Shown here: piece after piece, positions 25,091-47,689 of the stretch
Numbering within the stretch: the first letter of the stretch is position 1
Layout of the letters: each line of letters opens with the position of its first letter
Assembly: GCA_951406725.2 (NCBI GenBank)
Contig: OX597826.1
Location: 29,574,001-29,638,000, forward strand
From: Octopus vulgaris
Taxonomy: Eukaryota
Direction of reading: 5' to 3'
DNA length: 64,000 bases
Notes under the pieces: generated by a model
Seen by the model: the letters and a program-made list of their open reading frames with translations, nothing else
What the model was told of the DNA's origin: nothing
Databases searched by the model: none
Made by a program: the position numbers and the translations under genes

Positions 25091-27551
25091 TTTCTCTCTC
25101 TCTGTCTCTCGATATAGTGTACAATTATATATTTCCCCATGTGTCCACTCTTGTTAACCAAGAATGGACACTTCGTTACACGTCAGTGTATGACTTTAAA
25201 GAGTGCTTTAACTGCTATTTCTACCAGGTCGACCGACCACGTGTTAATTTTAGTTGTATTGAATCCCTCGACACATCAACCCGAGCGAACAGTGATTTGC
25301 TGTAGATCTGGTTGCTGCTTCTTGAAGTTTTCATGACCACGTAGAGGGTATCATGTTTGTTTCTCTTTGTTTACGTTTGTTTATGGTATGCATATTAGGT
25401 CACCTTTGATGCGCTGTACTATTATTAAGTGTACCAGCTGAGACCACCTCGTTATTATTGTTATAGTAGAAAGGATTATTATTATTAATATTTATTTTTT
25501 AAATATATATTGGCATTATTCAACGTGTGGTTGTTTAAGGTGTTAGTTTGATTTAAAATAGATTTGGCTGCTATTTCTAGCAGTTCAAACAACCAGGGTG
25601 GTAATAGTTATATTAGGCATAGCTACAGTTTATTGTCCCACTCTCTTATGATTTTTGGTTCCTCATAACTTTCTGAATAATTTATATTTTTTAAAGAGAT
25701 TTTGCAGCGATATGTTTTCAGTGATTTAAATTACAGTAATGTTGATGAAATTTTTAACTACTTAATTTAAAAAAACTTTTACTTAGAAAGAAAGGAAACC
25801 AATACCATTTGAACTGTACAATAATTTTGCTTACGACCATTGTGCAACATACAAGTCAATCTAATGATATCCTGATTGTTATTATTCATTATCAGCGTAA
25901 ATTTATAACAAAAAAAAAAAACTTGTAGAAGTTTACGAAAGTATTATTACTAAAATAGAAGGCAAACATTTTCATCGAAATAACCAAATCTATACTTTTG
26001 AAAACATGTACTTTAAGAAATTCGCGAAGAAGGAAGAATTAAGTTGTCAAAAATATCAGTAAGAAACAAAGTCGTGGGGCCGTAAAGTGTAGATGTACCT
26101 TTAGTGTTATTTATGAGATATGAATTGATATTTGAATTTCTATGAACGACAAACCCAGACTGTTTAAGTTTAACAAAAGCATTAAGAATAGTGTATATAT
26201 ATATATATATAAAGTGCTAAGCTGATGGAAATACATATTCAGGGCCTAGGTATTGCCGTCTGTATAAAAGCTTGTTTTGCACCACGTGGTTTAAGTTTCA
26301 GCTCCATTGCGCGGCACGTTAGTCGAGTGGGACTGGGCACTGAACCATGTGGTTGGGAAGCTAACTTTTTACCACAGAGTCCTGTATATGTATGTATGTT
26401 CGTATCCCAAAACGAACAAACCACCAGAAAATGTTCAGTGACAACTTAAACAACACAATAACTGAATACTGGTTTCAAATTTTGGTACAAGGCCAGCAAT
26501 TTCGATGGAGGGGGTACAATCAAGTATCTATTTCTTTACTACCCACAAGGGGCTAAACACAGAGGGGACAGACAAACGGATTAAGTCGATTACATCGTCT
26601 CCAGTGCGTAACTGGTACTTTATTTATCGACCCCGATAAGATGAAAGGCAAAGTCGACCTCGGCGGAATTTGAACTCAGAACGTAACGACATACGAAATG
26701 CCGCTATGCATTTTGCCCGCCGTGCTAATAGTTCTGCCAGCTCGCCGCCTTAAACACCAACTGAATATTAATCGATTAAGCAAGTATATATGATTGGTAC
26801 AGATTTTTATCGCCCATTCCCCACTCCATAAGGACGCAACTGGAGGTTGACCTTTATAGCTTAGCGCTTTTTTCTTCTTGTTACGGTCATTGGACTGTGG
26901 CTAAGCTGGAACACCGCTTGAAAGGGTTTTAGTCGAATAAATCTACCTCTGTATGGTACTTATTTTATCAATCCCTTTGCCGGACCACTAGTTACGAGGA
27001 CATAAACAAAACAGCACCGGCTGTCATGTGGTGGGTGTGTTAAACACAAAGCCACAAAAACCATGCTTGAAAAAGTCTTTTCGACTCTTAATTATTTGTA
27101 ATAAAACTTCACTGAGCCTCAGTCTATTCGCTGTGTACATCTAGTTGACCTTCGCCCCCCCCCCCCTGTTATATATACTTTTATTTATATTCAGCGGAAG
27201 TAACAGAGTGACTCATGGTCCGAGAGCTTCGTGCGGTGGTATTTATGTACACGCTTATGCATTTTTTGGGTAAGATTCTTGATATGTAATCGAGTGTTGA
27301 AACAGACGGTTAAATGGAATAATCAGGACGAGAGGAGATACGTGGGATATAGAATCACCGAAGAGGTCGCTAAAATAACCATAATAATAAAGCAGCTGAA
27401 ATGGAGACCAAATGTATAGAGTGTGTGTTTAATTGGCAAAATACGATCATTGTTATGCTGGGAAATGGTCATATTTTGCCAGGAACTACGTGTGAATTGG
27501 CAGTTTTTTTTTCTCCGTTTCCCTTTTCTTTTGGACTTTCCTCTGTCTCCT

Positions 27552-27586
27552 GTTTCTGAAGAAGAGCTTTGCTCGAAACGTAAAGC
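27552..27586 (+). ncRNA. Minimal type I hammerhead ribozyme motif
   Basis: GUUU-CUGAAGA-A-GAGC-UUU-GCUC-GAAAC-GUA^AAGC: 4-bp stem I, 4-bp stem II, palindromic ACGU stem III. Confidence 0.7.
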
Positions 27587-27706
27587 TATCTTTGTTTCCT
27601 TCCCTGAGCGTCTGTTAAAACTTTGTATGTACCACGTCCTCGCGTTGTTGTTTTTTCTTTTTGTGCTTTTCTTCATTTTTTGGGGGGTTCTCTCTCTCTC
27701 TCTCTG

Positions 27707-27744
<38 letters not shown>

Positions 27745-27840
27745 AATTCCTCACCCACTAATGAAGAAAAAACAACAACGCGAGGACATGGTACATGCAT
27801 GCAAGGTTTTAACAAACGTTCAGGGAAGGAAAGAAAGTTA

Positions 27841-27875
27841 ATTTTACGTTTCGAGTAAAGCTCTTCTTCAGAAAC
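27841..27875 (-). ncRNA. Minimal type I hammerhead ribozyme motif, second copy
   Basis: Minus strand GUUU-CUGAAGA-A-GAGC-UUU-ACUC-GAAAC-GUA^AAAU. Confidence 0.65.
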
Positions 27876-28019
27876 AGGAGACAGAGGAAAATCCAATAGA
27901 AAAGGAAGACGGAGGGGAAAAATCGCCAACGATCCACGTGTAGTTACATTTTGAATACACATACACACATATATGTTTGTTTTGCAAGATTCTTGATTTG
28001 AAATCGTGTGTTGAAACAG

Positions 28020-28283
28020 ATATTGTTGTATTTGGGAATGGTCATGTTGCCAGTTTAGCCAATAAAAACACACGCACTATATATTTGGTGTTCACTTGCT
28101 TCAGCTTTATTTTATATTAATCGTATTTCGGCCAGATAAGAAAGAAGAAAGCAAAGGACCACTGATGAGGTCACGGAAGTGTGAGTAAAGAACTCTGATC
28201 GAAATACGATTAATATAAAATAAAAAGTGCGTGTGTTTTTATTGGCTAAACTGGCAACATGACCATCCCCAACTACAACAATA
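28020..28283. mobile_element. Fold-back element enclosing a hammerhead-like core
   Basis: Long inverted arms (TGGTCATGTTGCCAGTTTAGCCAATAAAAACACACGCACT and its reverse complement; TTTATTTTATATTAATCGTATTTCG and its reverse complement); CTGATGA-GGTCA..TGATC-GAAA at 28162-28204. Confidence 0.65.
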
Positions 28284-28292
28284 TATATATAT

Positions 28293-28789
28293 AAAGACTC
28301 AAGAGATTGAGACTCTATTCCTTAGAGCGTAGGCAAGAAAGATATGCCATAATATACATCTGGAAGATCCTAGAAGGACTTGTCCCAAACTTTGGCATCG
28401 AGAGTTACACAAATGCCAGAACTGGGCGCCACTGCATAGTGCCAAGGACTCCAAATTTGCCATCAAGATGTAGGACAAGATACTGTGATAGCCTGGGCTT
28501 CCGAGGCCTACAGCACTTCAATACCCCCCCCCCCCCGAAGAACCTAAGAGACTGGCATGGGGTGGATGCAGATGTCTTTAAAATGAAACTGGATCTCTTC
28601 TTGTCAGGTATCCCAGATGAACCAACTTCACGACTGGAGGTGCAGATGAGGGCAGCTGCATCGAACTCTCTCATGCACCAAATGGCAATTGCTAAAAAGC
28701 ATTCGTGAAGTAAAATCATGTAGCAACACCAAATGGCGGTGCCCCAGCATGGCCACAGCTTGTGAGCTGAAACTAGATAAAAAAAAAAA
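28293..28789 (+). mobile_element. 5'-truncated CR1/L2-group LINE (last ~500 bp)
   Basis: [21 protein letters not shown]..., colinear with 46352-46830; short (TA)n on both sides. Confidence 0.92.
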
Positions 28790-28801
28790 TGTATATATAT
28801 T

Positions 28802-29200
28802 AGGCGCAGGAGTGGCTGTGTGGTAAGTAGCTTGCTAACCAACCACATGGTTCCGGGTTCAGTCCCACTGCGTGGCATCTTGGGCAAGTGTCTTCTGCTA
28901 TAGCCCCGGGCCGACCAATGCCTTGTGAGTGGATTTGGTAGACGGAAACTGAAAGAAGCCTGTCGTATATATATATATGTGTTTGTTTGTGTGTCTGTGT
29001 TTGTTCCCCTAGCATTGCTTGACAACCGATGCTGGTGTGTTTACGTCCCCGTCACTTAGCGGTTCGGCAAAAAAGAGACCGATAGAATAAGTACTGGGCT
29101 TACAAAGAATAAGTCCCGGGGTCGAGTTGCTCGATTAAAGGCGGTGCTCCAGCATGGCCGCAGTCAAATGACTGAAACAAGTAAAAGTGAAAGAGAAAGA

Positions 29201-29203
<3 letters not shown>
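28802..29203 (+). mobile_element. SINE type A, full length; other + copies at 16783-17020, 51290-51665, 61871-62270 and 63727-64000
   Basis: A box TGGCTGTGTGG; B box GGTTCAGTCCC; CORE-like CTTGGGCAAGTGTCTT; internal (TA)/(TG) microsatellite; LINE-like tail GGCGGTGCTCCAGCATGGCCGCAGTCAAATGACTGAAAC. Confidence 0.92.
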
Positions 29204-29247
<44 letters not shown>

Positions 29248-30401
29248 CTGTTTCTAAACAGTATCCGTTTACAAATTCACTCTCAGGGTATTAGTCGACC
29301 CAGAGCTACAGTAGAAGATATTTGCCCAAAGTGGGACTTGAATGGAAACAATGTGGCTGCGAAGCGAACTCTTTCAATCACAGTCATGCCTGCCTCTTTG
29401 TAGTTTATTTATAGCTTTGATTAACTAATTATAATTCTTGTATTGGGTGGATTGTTTAAAGCGCGGGACAGAAAACCCAGATGGTATTTAGCAAATGACC
29501 TTTGCATTCTGAGTTCGTATCTCGCCAGGCGGGGTCGACTTTAATTGTCCTCATTCCACAGGGCGGGGTGGGAGGGTCGATGGAACAAAGTAACCAGGGA
29601 AGTACTTCTAGGTTCAATTTAAGATAATATAATTCTTATAAAGCAGACTCCGTGTGAATGGAATGTGGCCTTTGGCCAGCTCACCATTGACCTGCACAAA
29701 GGTGAGTTGGTTCATTGACAAAATGCTTAGCTATTCTAAACCAGTCACCTCAGGCTCGCTACCTCCCCACAAAAGCCTTTTAGACGGGCAACAACTGTGT
29801 TCCCTGCTGTGATCTGTGTCGCATGCATGCCTCTATTTATTGTATCTTTTACTTGTTTCAGTCATGTTTCAAACTGCAGCTATGCTCGGGCTGCACCTTG
29901 AAAAATTTTTTTAGTCTATCTACGTCTTTTGCCGAACCACTAAGTTGAGAGAGGGTAAACACACACACACACACTATATATATATATATATATATATATC
30001 GACCAAAGGTTTGAGACGATCCGAGGCCATAATAGAAGATACTTGCCGAAGGTGCCACGCAGTGAGGAACCATGTGGTTAGGAAACAACTTTCTTACCAC
30101 ACAGCCACGGTACATTTATTCTAAATATAGAAATATAGAATAAATATACCGAGGGCTTAATGTATTTCGTATAAAACATCTGACATAGTTTTTAACTACC
30201 CTTTTATCTTTTACTGCGTTCAGTTATGGGACTGCGGCAATGCTAGAGCATCATCGCCTGACAGAGTTTAGTCGAACAAATCAACTGCCGTATCAAGCCT
30301 GGTACTTATTCTATATCGGATACTTTAGCCGAACCGCTACTTTACGGATACGTAAACAAACGAGCACAAGTAGCCAAGCAGTGGTGGTGGTGGGGACATG
30401 C

Positions 30402-30560
30402 TGTCGTAAGACGTGGGCAGACTGGGACTTACGTTTGTGTGTTGCTATTTCTGATCTCTGTATGCCGTGTCCTGCTGTCAATAAATAAATACTATTGGAC
30501 CCTCTGCATTTATTTGCCCGGGGGACTAATGCTGCTTCGACGGTCCTGGATATGGGCGCA
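30402..30560 (+). mobile_element. Possible very short solo LTR inserted into a type A SINE
   Basis: TG...CA termini, internal AATAAA, flanks CATGC / CATAC (5-bp TSD with one mismatch); interrupts the SINE just before its (CA)n segment. Confidence 0.4.
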
Positions 30561-30643
30561 CATACACACATAAATTAGCTCTTCATTTAATACTAAGCAT
30601 GGTTGCTCTTTTTGGGTAAATATAATCTGGTTGCTCACTATTA

Positions 30644-37452
<6,809 letters not shown>

Positions 37453-39233
37453 ATGATTGATTGATTGATTGATTCCAGTTTCAGCTCATGAGCTGTGGCC
37501 ATGCTGGGGCACCGCCATTTAGGGTTGCTACTTGGTTTCACTTCATGGAGGCTTTTTAGCAACTGCTATTTGGTGCATGAGAGAGTTCGATGCAGCTGCC
37601 CTCATCTGCCCCTCCTGCCGTGAAGTTGGTTCATCTGGGACACCTGACAGGAAGAGATCCAGCTCCATTTTAAAGACATCTGTATCCACCCCATGCAGGT
37701 CTCTCAGGTTCATCGGGAGGATATTGAAGAGCTGTGGGCCTCGGAAGCCCAGGCTATCACAGAATCTTGTCCTACATCTTGATGGCAAGTTTGGAGTCCT
37801 AGGCACCACGCAGTGGCGCCCAGTTCTGGCGTTTGCGTAACTCTCGATGCCAAAGTTCAGGACACTTCCCTCCAGGATCTTCCAGATGTATATTATGGCA
37901 TATCTTTCCCGCCTACGCTCCAGGGAATATAATTTTAATCTCTTGAGTCTTTCCCAGTAGCTTACATTCTGCATAGAGGCTATCTTCTTCGTGTAGCTTC
38001 GTTGGATCGCCTCAAGTTCTGTGATCAACTTGACACTGGATGGTGACCATAGCTGAGAGCAATAGTCAAAGTGACTTAGGACAAGTGTCTTCCAGAGGAC
38101 CATCATGGTTTCTTGTCCTCTTGTTCTAAAGGTTCTAAGAATCCATCCAGCCAGGCGTCTGCATTTCACTGTCAGTTTAGCAACATGTACATGAAAGGTC
38201 GCGTCATCACTCATGTGAATACCCAGGTCACGCACTGATTGTGCCTCTGGGATTGCAATCCCTCCGGGTCCAGTGTATTTCTTGGGTATTGCATTCAGTT
38301 TTGCATGCTGATAGTATAAAGCTTGAAACTTTTCAGCATTGAACTGCATGCTATTCTTTTCAGCCCACTTGTAAATTTCGTCCAGCTCATATTGCAGGTG
38401 CCTAGTGTCTTCAGGGTTCTGTATTGCCTGTGAAACTTTTGTATCATCTGCATAACTTGTGATCGTGGCTCTCCGCGTGGCTGAGGGCATGTCTGAGAGG
38501 GCCATTATGAACAGTAGTGGTCCCAAAACAGTGCCCTGTGGAACACCGCTCACTATTTGCGTGCTAATGGAAGTGGCCCCATTGGCTACTACCACCTGAC
38601 TTCTATTCTTCAGAAAGTCGTGAAGCCATTCTCCTAGTTTTCCAACTATGCCAAGATCACGCAGTTTGTGACATATCATTCCATGATCGACTTTATCGAA
38701 GGCCTTTGCGAAGTCGAGATATATGACTTCCACATTTGAGTGGTTGAGCAGTTGTTTCAGCACCCAGTCATAGTGCTGCAGGAGCTGAGTTAAGCAGCTT
38801 CTTCCTGGTCGGAAACCATGTTGGGTGTCAGGCAGCAAGTCATTTTCTTCAAGGAAGGTGATTAGTTTCCTTCTGACTATTCGTTCCATGACCTTGCTGA
38901 TGTGTGAGGTCAGAGAGATAGGTCTGTAGTTCTTGGCCTCCGCTCTGCTACCTCCTTTATGAATAGGGCATATTTTACCTTCCTTCAGTTTTCTTGGAAG
39001 TTTGCCAGCTGCAAGGAAGCTCTGAAAGAGGAACTGCAGTGGTCTTGCTAAGACTATCTTACATACTTTTAGGAGGATTGCCGGGAATCCATCGGGGCCA
39101 ATAGCTGAGTCTATTTTCATTTCATCTATAGCCTTTATTACATCATCTTCCTTTATATCGATGTAATTTAACGTCGCCGCCTCTGATTCTATATCTGCAG
39201 TGGTAAAAAAGTCAGTTGGATTGCTGATTTGGA
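37453..39233 (-). mobile_element. 5'-truncated CR1/L2-group LINE, copy A, embedded in (TA)n
   Basis: Open RT frame; (ATCA)n tail read as TGAT repeats at 37453-37473; TA arrays on both sides. Confidence 0.95.
37543..39120 (-). CDS. LINE ORF2 reverse transcriptase and C-terminal region (525 aa, 5'-truncated)
   Basis: Motifs [64 protein letters not shown]. Confidence 0.93.
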   Translation of the reverse strand: MKIDSAIGPDGFPAILLKVCKIVLARPLQFLFQSFLAAGKLPRKLKEGKICPIHKGGSRAEAKNYRPISLTSHISKVMERIVRRKLITFLEENDLLPDTQHGFRPGRSCLTQLLQHYDWVLKQLLNHSNVEVIYLDFAKAFDKVDHGMICHKLRDLGIVGKLGEWLHDFLKNRSQVVVANGATSISTQIVSGVPQGTVLGPLLFIMALSDMPSATRRATITSYADDTKVSQAIQNPEDTRHLQYELDEIYKWAEKNSMQFNAEKFQALYYQHAKLNAIPKKYTGPGGIAIPEAQSVRDLGIHMSDDATFHVHVAKLTVKCRRLAGWILRTFRTRGQETMMVLWKTLVLSHFDYCSQLWSPSSVKLITELEAIQRSYTKKIASMQNVSYWERLKRLKLYSLERRRERYAIIYIWKILEGSVLNFGIESYANARTGRHCVVPRTPNLPSRCRTRFCDSLGFRGPQLFNILPMNLRDLHGVDTDVFKMELDLFLSGVPDEPTSRQEGQMRAAASNSLMHQIAVAKKPP

Positions 39234-39235
39234 AT

Positions 39236-39700
<465 letters not shown>

Positions 39701-39709
39701 ATATATATA

Positions 39710-43077
<3,368 letters not shown>

Positions 43078-43197
43078 AGATATATATATAGCGAAAAGAA
43101 GAATATATGCGCTCATATATATTGGCGCATATATCTTTATGGCAAGAATATGAAAGAAGTCACCCCCACCTGGTGGACGCCCAGGAGGAGGTTTTGA

Positions 43198-43812
43198 ATG
43201 AGAAATGCCCGGGAAGTGAACCCAGGTGCAAGTTCTCCAACCGGCAGCAAGGGCCATGGAGATGGAGAACCCGGTGAAGAGGTAGAGGGAGGAAGAAGAA
43301 CTAAAAGAAGGACTGGAAGAGCTAAAGGAAAAGAAAAAGCTCAAGCAGGACCAAAGAGTGAAACAACCAGGAGTAGAAGTGGAACCGCAAAGGATGGAAC
43401 CAAACAGCGCACACGGGTGTGTATGTTCTACCTGAGAGGTTCCTGCTGGCACGGAAAGGAAGGTGCAGGCTGCCGCTTTGCACATCGGGGACCCTGCCAC
43501 AGAGACACGAGGCAGATGGACAAACCATCAACACAAAGAAAAGGGATGGACTACGCACCACCTGCCCCAAAGCGGAGGTACGCAGATGTTGTGCGCGCCA
43601 CAAACAGCCAACATGATGTTGTCGAAAGAGCAGCTGCTGAGCAACAATCTTTTTTGTGCATGGCACAAAAGATTGTACAGCAGCTGACCTGGCTTCATCA
43701 AACCCAAGCCCGCAGGTGGGACTACCCACTATATACCAGACCACCACAGCAAACAGACACAGGATGGACACCGCCGGCAACAACGTACACCTCACCTCGA
43801 TACTCCTACTGA
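43198..43812 (+). CDS. LINE ORF1-like protein with a CCCH zinc finger (5' end uncertain)
   Basis: [22 protein letters not shown] (C-x7-C-x8-C-x3-H); basic low-complexity region; YADVVR motif; overlaps the ORF2 start. Confidence 0.75.
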   Translation: MRNAREVNPGASSPTGSKGHGDGEPGEEVEGGRRTKRRTGRAKGKEKAQAGPKSETTRSRSGTAKDGTKQRTRVCMFYLRGSCWHGKEGAGCRFAHRGPCHRDTRQMDKPSTQRKGMDYAPPAPKRRYADVVRATNSQHDVVERAAAEQQSFLCMAQKIVQQLTWLHQTQARRWDYPLYTRPPQQTDTGWTPPATTYTSPRYSY

Positions 43813-46759
43813 ACATCAGAGGACTGCAAACACTCAGTAACAGGACAAAGATCCCGTTCCTGAGAGACTTTGTTGCATGCAATCAAGCCTTATGCATAGC
43901 ACTTACAGAAACGCACCTGAAACCGGACATAGCAGATGCGGAGTTACACATACCACAGTATGCTGTACTACGGACCGACAGGAAAGAAAGGAGTCATGGA
44001 GGTGTTGCTATGTACATCCATGAGGACCTCACACCCCAGGTCCTCTTGTCATACTCAAACTCGGTGTGTGACACACTAATTGTACATATTAGGCAACTTG
44101 ATGTAGTTGTGTGTGCTACATATCGCCCTCCAGATGCCCCAAGCCATGTGGGCAAGTTCGAAGACTGCCTTATAAAAATAGAAGAAATTCTAACCACATT
44201 AGAACAACACATAGGTGTGCTTCTTATGGGAGACTTCAATCTGCCCAATGTCAGATGGCCCGAGGGCCTTTCTCTCCCAGGAATGACAAGATGTGAACGA
44301 GGACAGGCGAGGTCCCTCCTGAACCTCATCAACACCCTGTACATGGAGCAGGTAATACTCCAACCAACCAGGGCAGGTAACACACTGGATCTCTGCTTCA
44401 CAAATGACATGGATCTCATCCATAATGTGAAAGTGACACCGACACTACTCTCGGATCACAACATGATAGAGCTGACCATGTACGGGCCAAAAGAGAGCAC
44501 GGACATGCAGCCTACAAGAAACCCTCAAAATCTTTCCAGCTTGAACTACCATAAGGCAAACTGGAAACAAATTGAGAAAGAGATCCTCAAACAAAACTGG
44601 CCTGAATGTCTCTCCTCGCCAGACATCGACGTGAAACTTCAACAATTCATGTCTGTAATGCAAGCCATATGCTACAAATGTGTCCCAGAGAGAAAGGCCA
44701 CTGTACACAAGAACAAAATCCCCAGAGAGAGGAAAATTTTAATGAGACGGCGTACGAAATTTTCAAATCGCCTAAACAAACAGATTGAAAGCAGTGAAAA
44801 GTCCCGCCTAAAAATAAAACTGTTGGAAATCGAAAAATGTCTGCAACTCTCCCATGAAAAAGAAAGAGCAGACAAAGAAGCCTGAGCTATAGAAAACATA
44901 AAATCTAACCCCAGAGCTTTCTACAGGTATGCCAAAGAAACAGCTACAGTGCACTGTAGAATAGGGCCACTCCTTGAAAAGGATGGCACACTTACAGGAA
45001 AACCAATGAGGGTAAGTGAAATACTGAATGAGCAATTCAAGAGTGTTTTCACTCCACCCTTGGGCATCTCCAAATCACCAATCCAACTGACTTTTTTACC
45101 ACTGCAGATATAAAATCAGAGGCGGCGACGATAGATTACATCGATATAAAGGAAGACGATGTAACCAAGGCTATAGATGAAATGAAAACAGACTCAGCTA
45201 CTGGCCCCGATGGATTCCCGGCAATCCTCCTAAAAGCATGTAAGAGAGTCCTAGCAAGACCACTGCAGTTCCTCTTTCAGAGCTTCCTTGCAGCTGGCAA
45301 ACTTCCAGGAAAACTGAAGGAAGGTAAAATATGCCCCATTCATAAAGGAGGTAGCAGAGCGGAAGCCAAGAACTATAGACCTATCTCTCTGACCTCACAC
45401 ATCAGCAAGGTCATGGAACGAATAGTCAGAAGGAAGCTGATCACCTTCCTTGAAGAGATAGACTTGCTGCCCGACACCCAACATGGTTTCCGACCAGGGA
45501 GAAGCTGTTTAACTCAGCTCCTACAACACTATGACTGGGTGCTGAAACGGCTGCTCAACCACTCAAATGTGGAAGTGATATATCTCGACTTTGCAAAGGC
45601 CTTTGATAAAGTCGATCATGGAATGATATGTCACAAACTGCGTGATCTCAACATAGTTGGAAAACTGGGAGAATGGCTTCATGACTTTCTGAAGGATAGA
45701 AGTCAGGTGGTAGTAGCCAATGGGGCCACCTCCATTAACACACAAATAGTGAGCGGTGTTCCGCAGGGCACTGTTCTGGGACCACTACTGTTCATAATGG
45801 CCCTCTCAGACATGCCCTCAGCCACGCAGAGAGCCACGATCACAAGTTATGCAGATGATACAAAAGTCTCACAGGCAATACAGAACCCTGAGGACACTAA
45901 ACACCTGCAATGTGAGCTGGACGAAATATACAAGTGGGCTGAAAAGAATAGCATGCAGTTCAATGCTGGAAAGTTTCAAGCTTTATACTATCAGCATGCA
46001 AAACTGAATGCAATACCCAATGAATACACTGGACCCGGAGGGATTGCAATCCCAGAGGCACAATCAGTGCGTGACCTGGGTATTCACATGAGTGATGACG
46101 CGACCTTTCATGTACATGTTGCTAAACTGACAATGAAATGTAGACGGCTGGCTGGATGGATTCTTAGAACCTTTAGAACAAGAGAACAAGAAACCATGAT
46201 GGTCCTCTGGAAGACACTTGTCCTAAGCCACTTTGACTATTGCTCTCAGCTATGGTCACCATCCAGTGTCAAGTTGATCACAGAACTTGAGGCGATCCAA
46301 CGAAGCTACACAAAGAAGATAGCCTCTATGCAGAATGTAAGCTACTGGGAAAGACTCAAGAGATTAAAATTATATTCCCTGGAGCGTAGGCGGGAAAGAT
46401 ATGCCATAATATACATCTGGAAGATCCTGGAGGGAAGTGTCCTGAACTTTGGCATCGAGAGTTACGCAAATGCCAGAACTGGGCGCCACTGCGTGGTGCC
46501 TAGGACTCCAAACCTGCCATCAAGATGTAGGACAAGATACTGTGATAGCCTGGGCTTCCGAGGCCCACAGCTCTTCAATATCCTCCCGAAGAACCTGAGA
46601 GACCTGCATGGGGTGGATACAGATGTCTTTAAAATGAAGCTGGATCTCTTCCTGTCAGGTGTCCCAGATGAACCAACTTCACGGCAGGAGGGGCAGATGA
46701 GGGCAGCTGCATCGAACTCTCTCATGCACCAAATAGCAGCTGCTAGAAAGCCTCCATGA
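43764..46759 (+). pseudogene. LINE ORF2 (APE endonuclease + RT) with a stop at 44883-44885 and a 1-bp deletion near 45057
   Basis: Motifs LNIRGL, LTETHL, GGVAMY, YRPP, MGDFNLP, NTLDLCF, SDH, then RT motifs; both lesions are absent from the duplicate copy. Confidence 0.93.
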
Positions 46760-46873
46760 AGTGAAACCAAGTAGCAACACGAAATGGCGGTGCCCCAGCA
46801 TGGCCACAGCTCATAAGCTGAAACTAGAATCAATCAATCAATCAATCATACATATATACATATATACATATAT

Positions 46874-46928
<55 letters not shown>

Positions 46929-47589
46929 CTCATAGACATGCATATATGTTTCATATATATTGGAGCCTAGTGCAGCCTCCTGGCTTCCCAGGCCCTGGTC
47001 AAATCGTCCAACCAATGCTAGCATGGAAAACAGACGTTAAACGATGATGATGATATATATACACATACTCATATACACATGCATATATGTTTCATATATA
47101 TATATATGTTTCATATATATATATACATACATACATACTCATATACACATGCACATATGTTTCATATATATATATATATATGTATACACACATACACATG
47201 CATATCTGTATATATGTTTCATATATTCTTTTACTTGTTTATCATTTTCCTGTGGCCATGCTGGAGCATCGCTTTATATGTGTGTGTGTGTGTGTGTGTT
47301 GAAACACCTCTGAATGTAGCATAGCTCTGCTCAATTACATTTGACCTTGGGCTTACAGTGTACAACGATCAATGTTAGGATGACATTTTGTTTTGTCTCC
47401 TCAATCAATATACAACAACAACAAGGCTTCGCCTTTGAGTTCCTATTGGCCTAATTTTATTTTATTTTTATTTCATAATCATCCTTTGTGAACTTTAATG
47501 TCCTTGTTGAGTAAAGGTTCCTACTCTGTCATTATATTTCTGGATGATGCCAGTGATAAGGAAAAAATCTGTAACACAGCAGGTTTTGT

Positions 47590-47689
47590 NNNNNNNNNNN
47601 NNNNNNNNNNNNNNNNNNNNNNNNNNNNNNNNNNNNNNNNNNNNNNNNNNNNNNNNNNNNNNNNNNNNNNNNNNNNNNNNNNNNNNNNN
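47590..47689. other. Assembly gap (100 N)
   Basis: Run of N. Confidence 1.

Larger units (their letters stand above)
27484..27955. mobile_element. Inverted pair of Penelope-like fragments, each with a minimal hammerhead, separated by (TC)n-(GA)n
   Basis: 27484-27680 (+) is the reverse complement of 27765-27955. Confidence 0.75.

Noticed and set aside
25615-26100. Possible degenerate TIR pair (AGGCATAGCTACAGTTTA / TAAAGTGTAGATGTACCT)
   Set aside because: Many mismatches, no clear TSD and only one copy in the window.
29644-29701. Short segment ending in AAG|GTGAGT, as a host exon
   Set aside because: Weak acceptor and a stop in the phase required by the 6627 donor; cannot be supported without RNA data.
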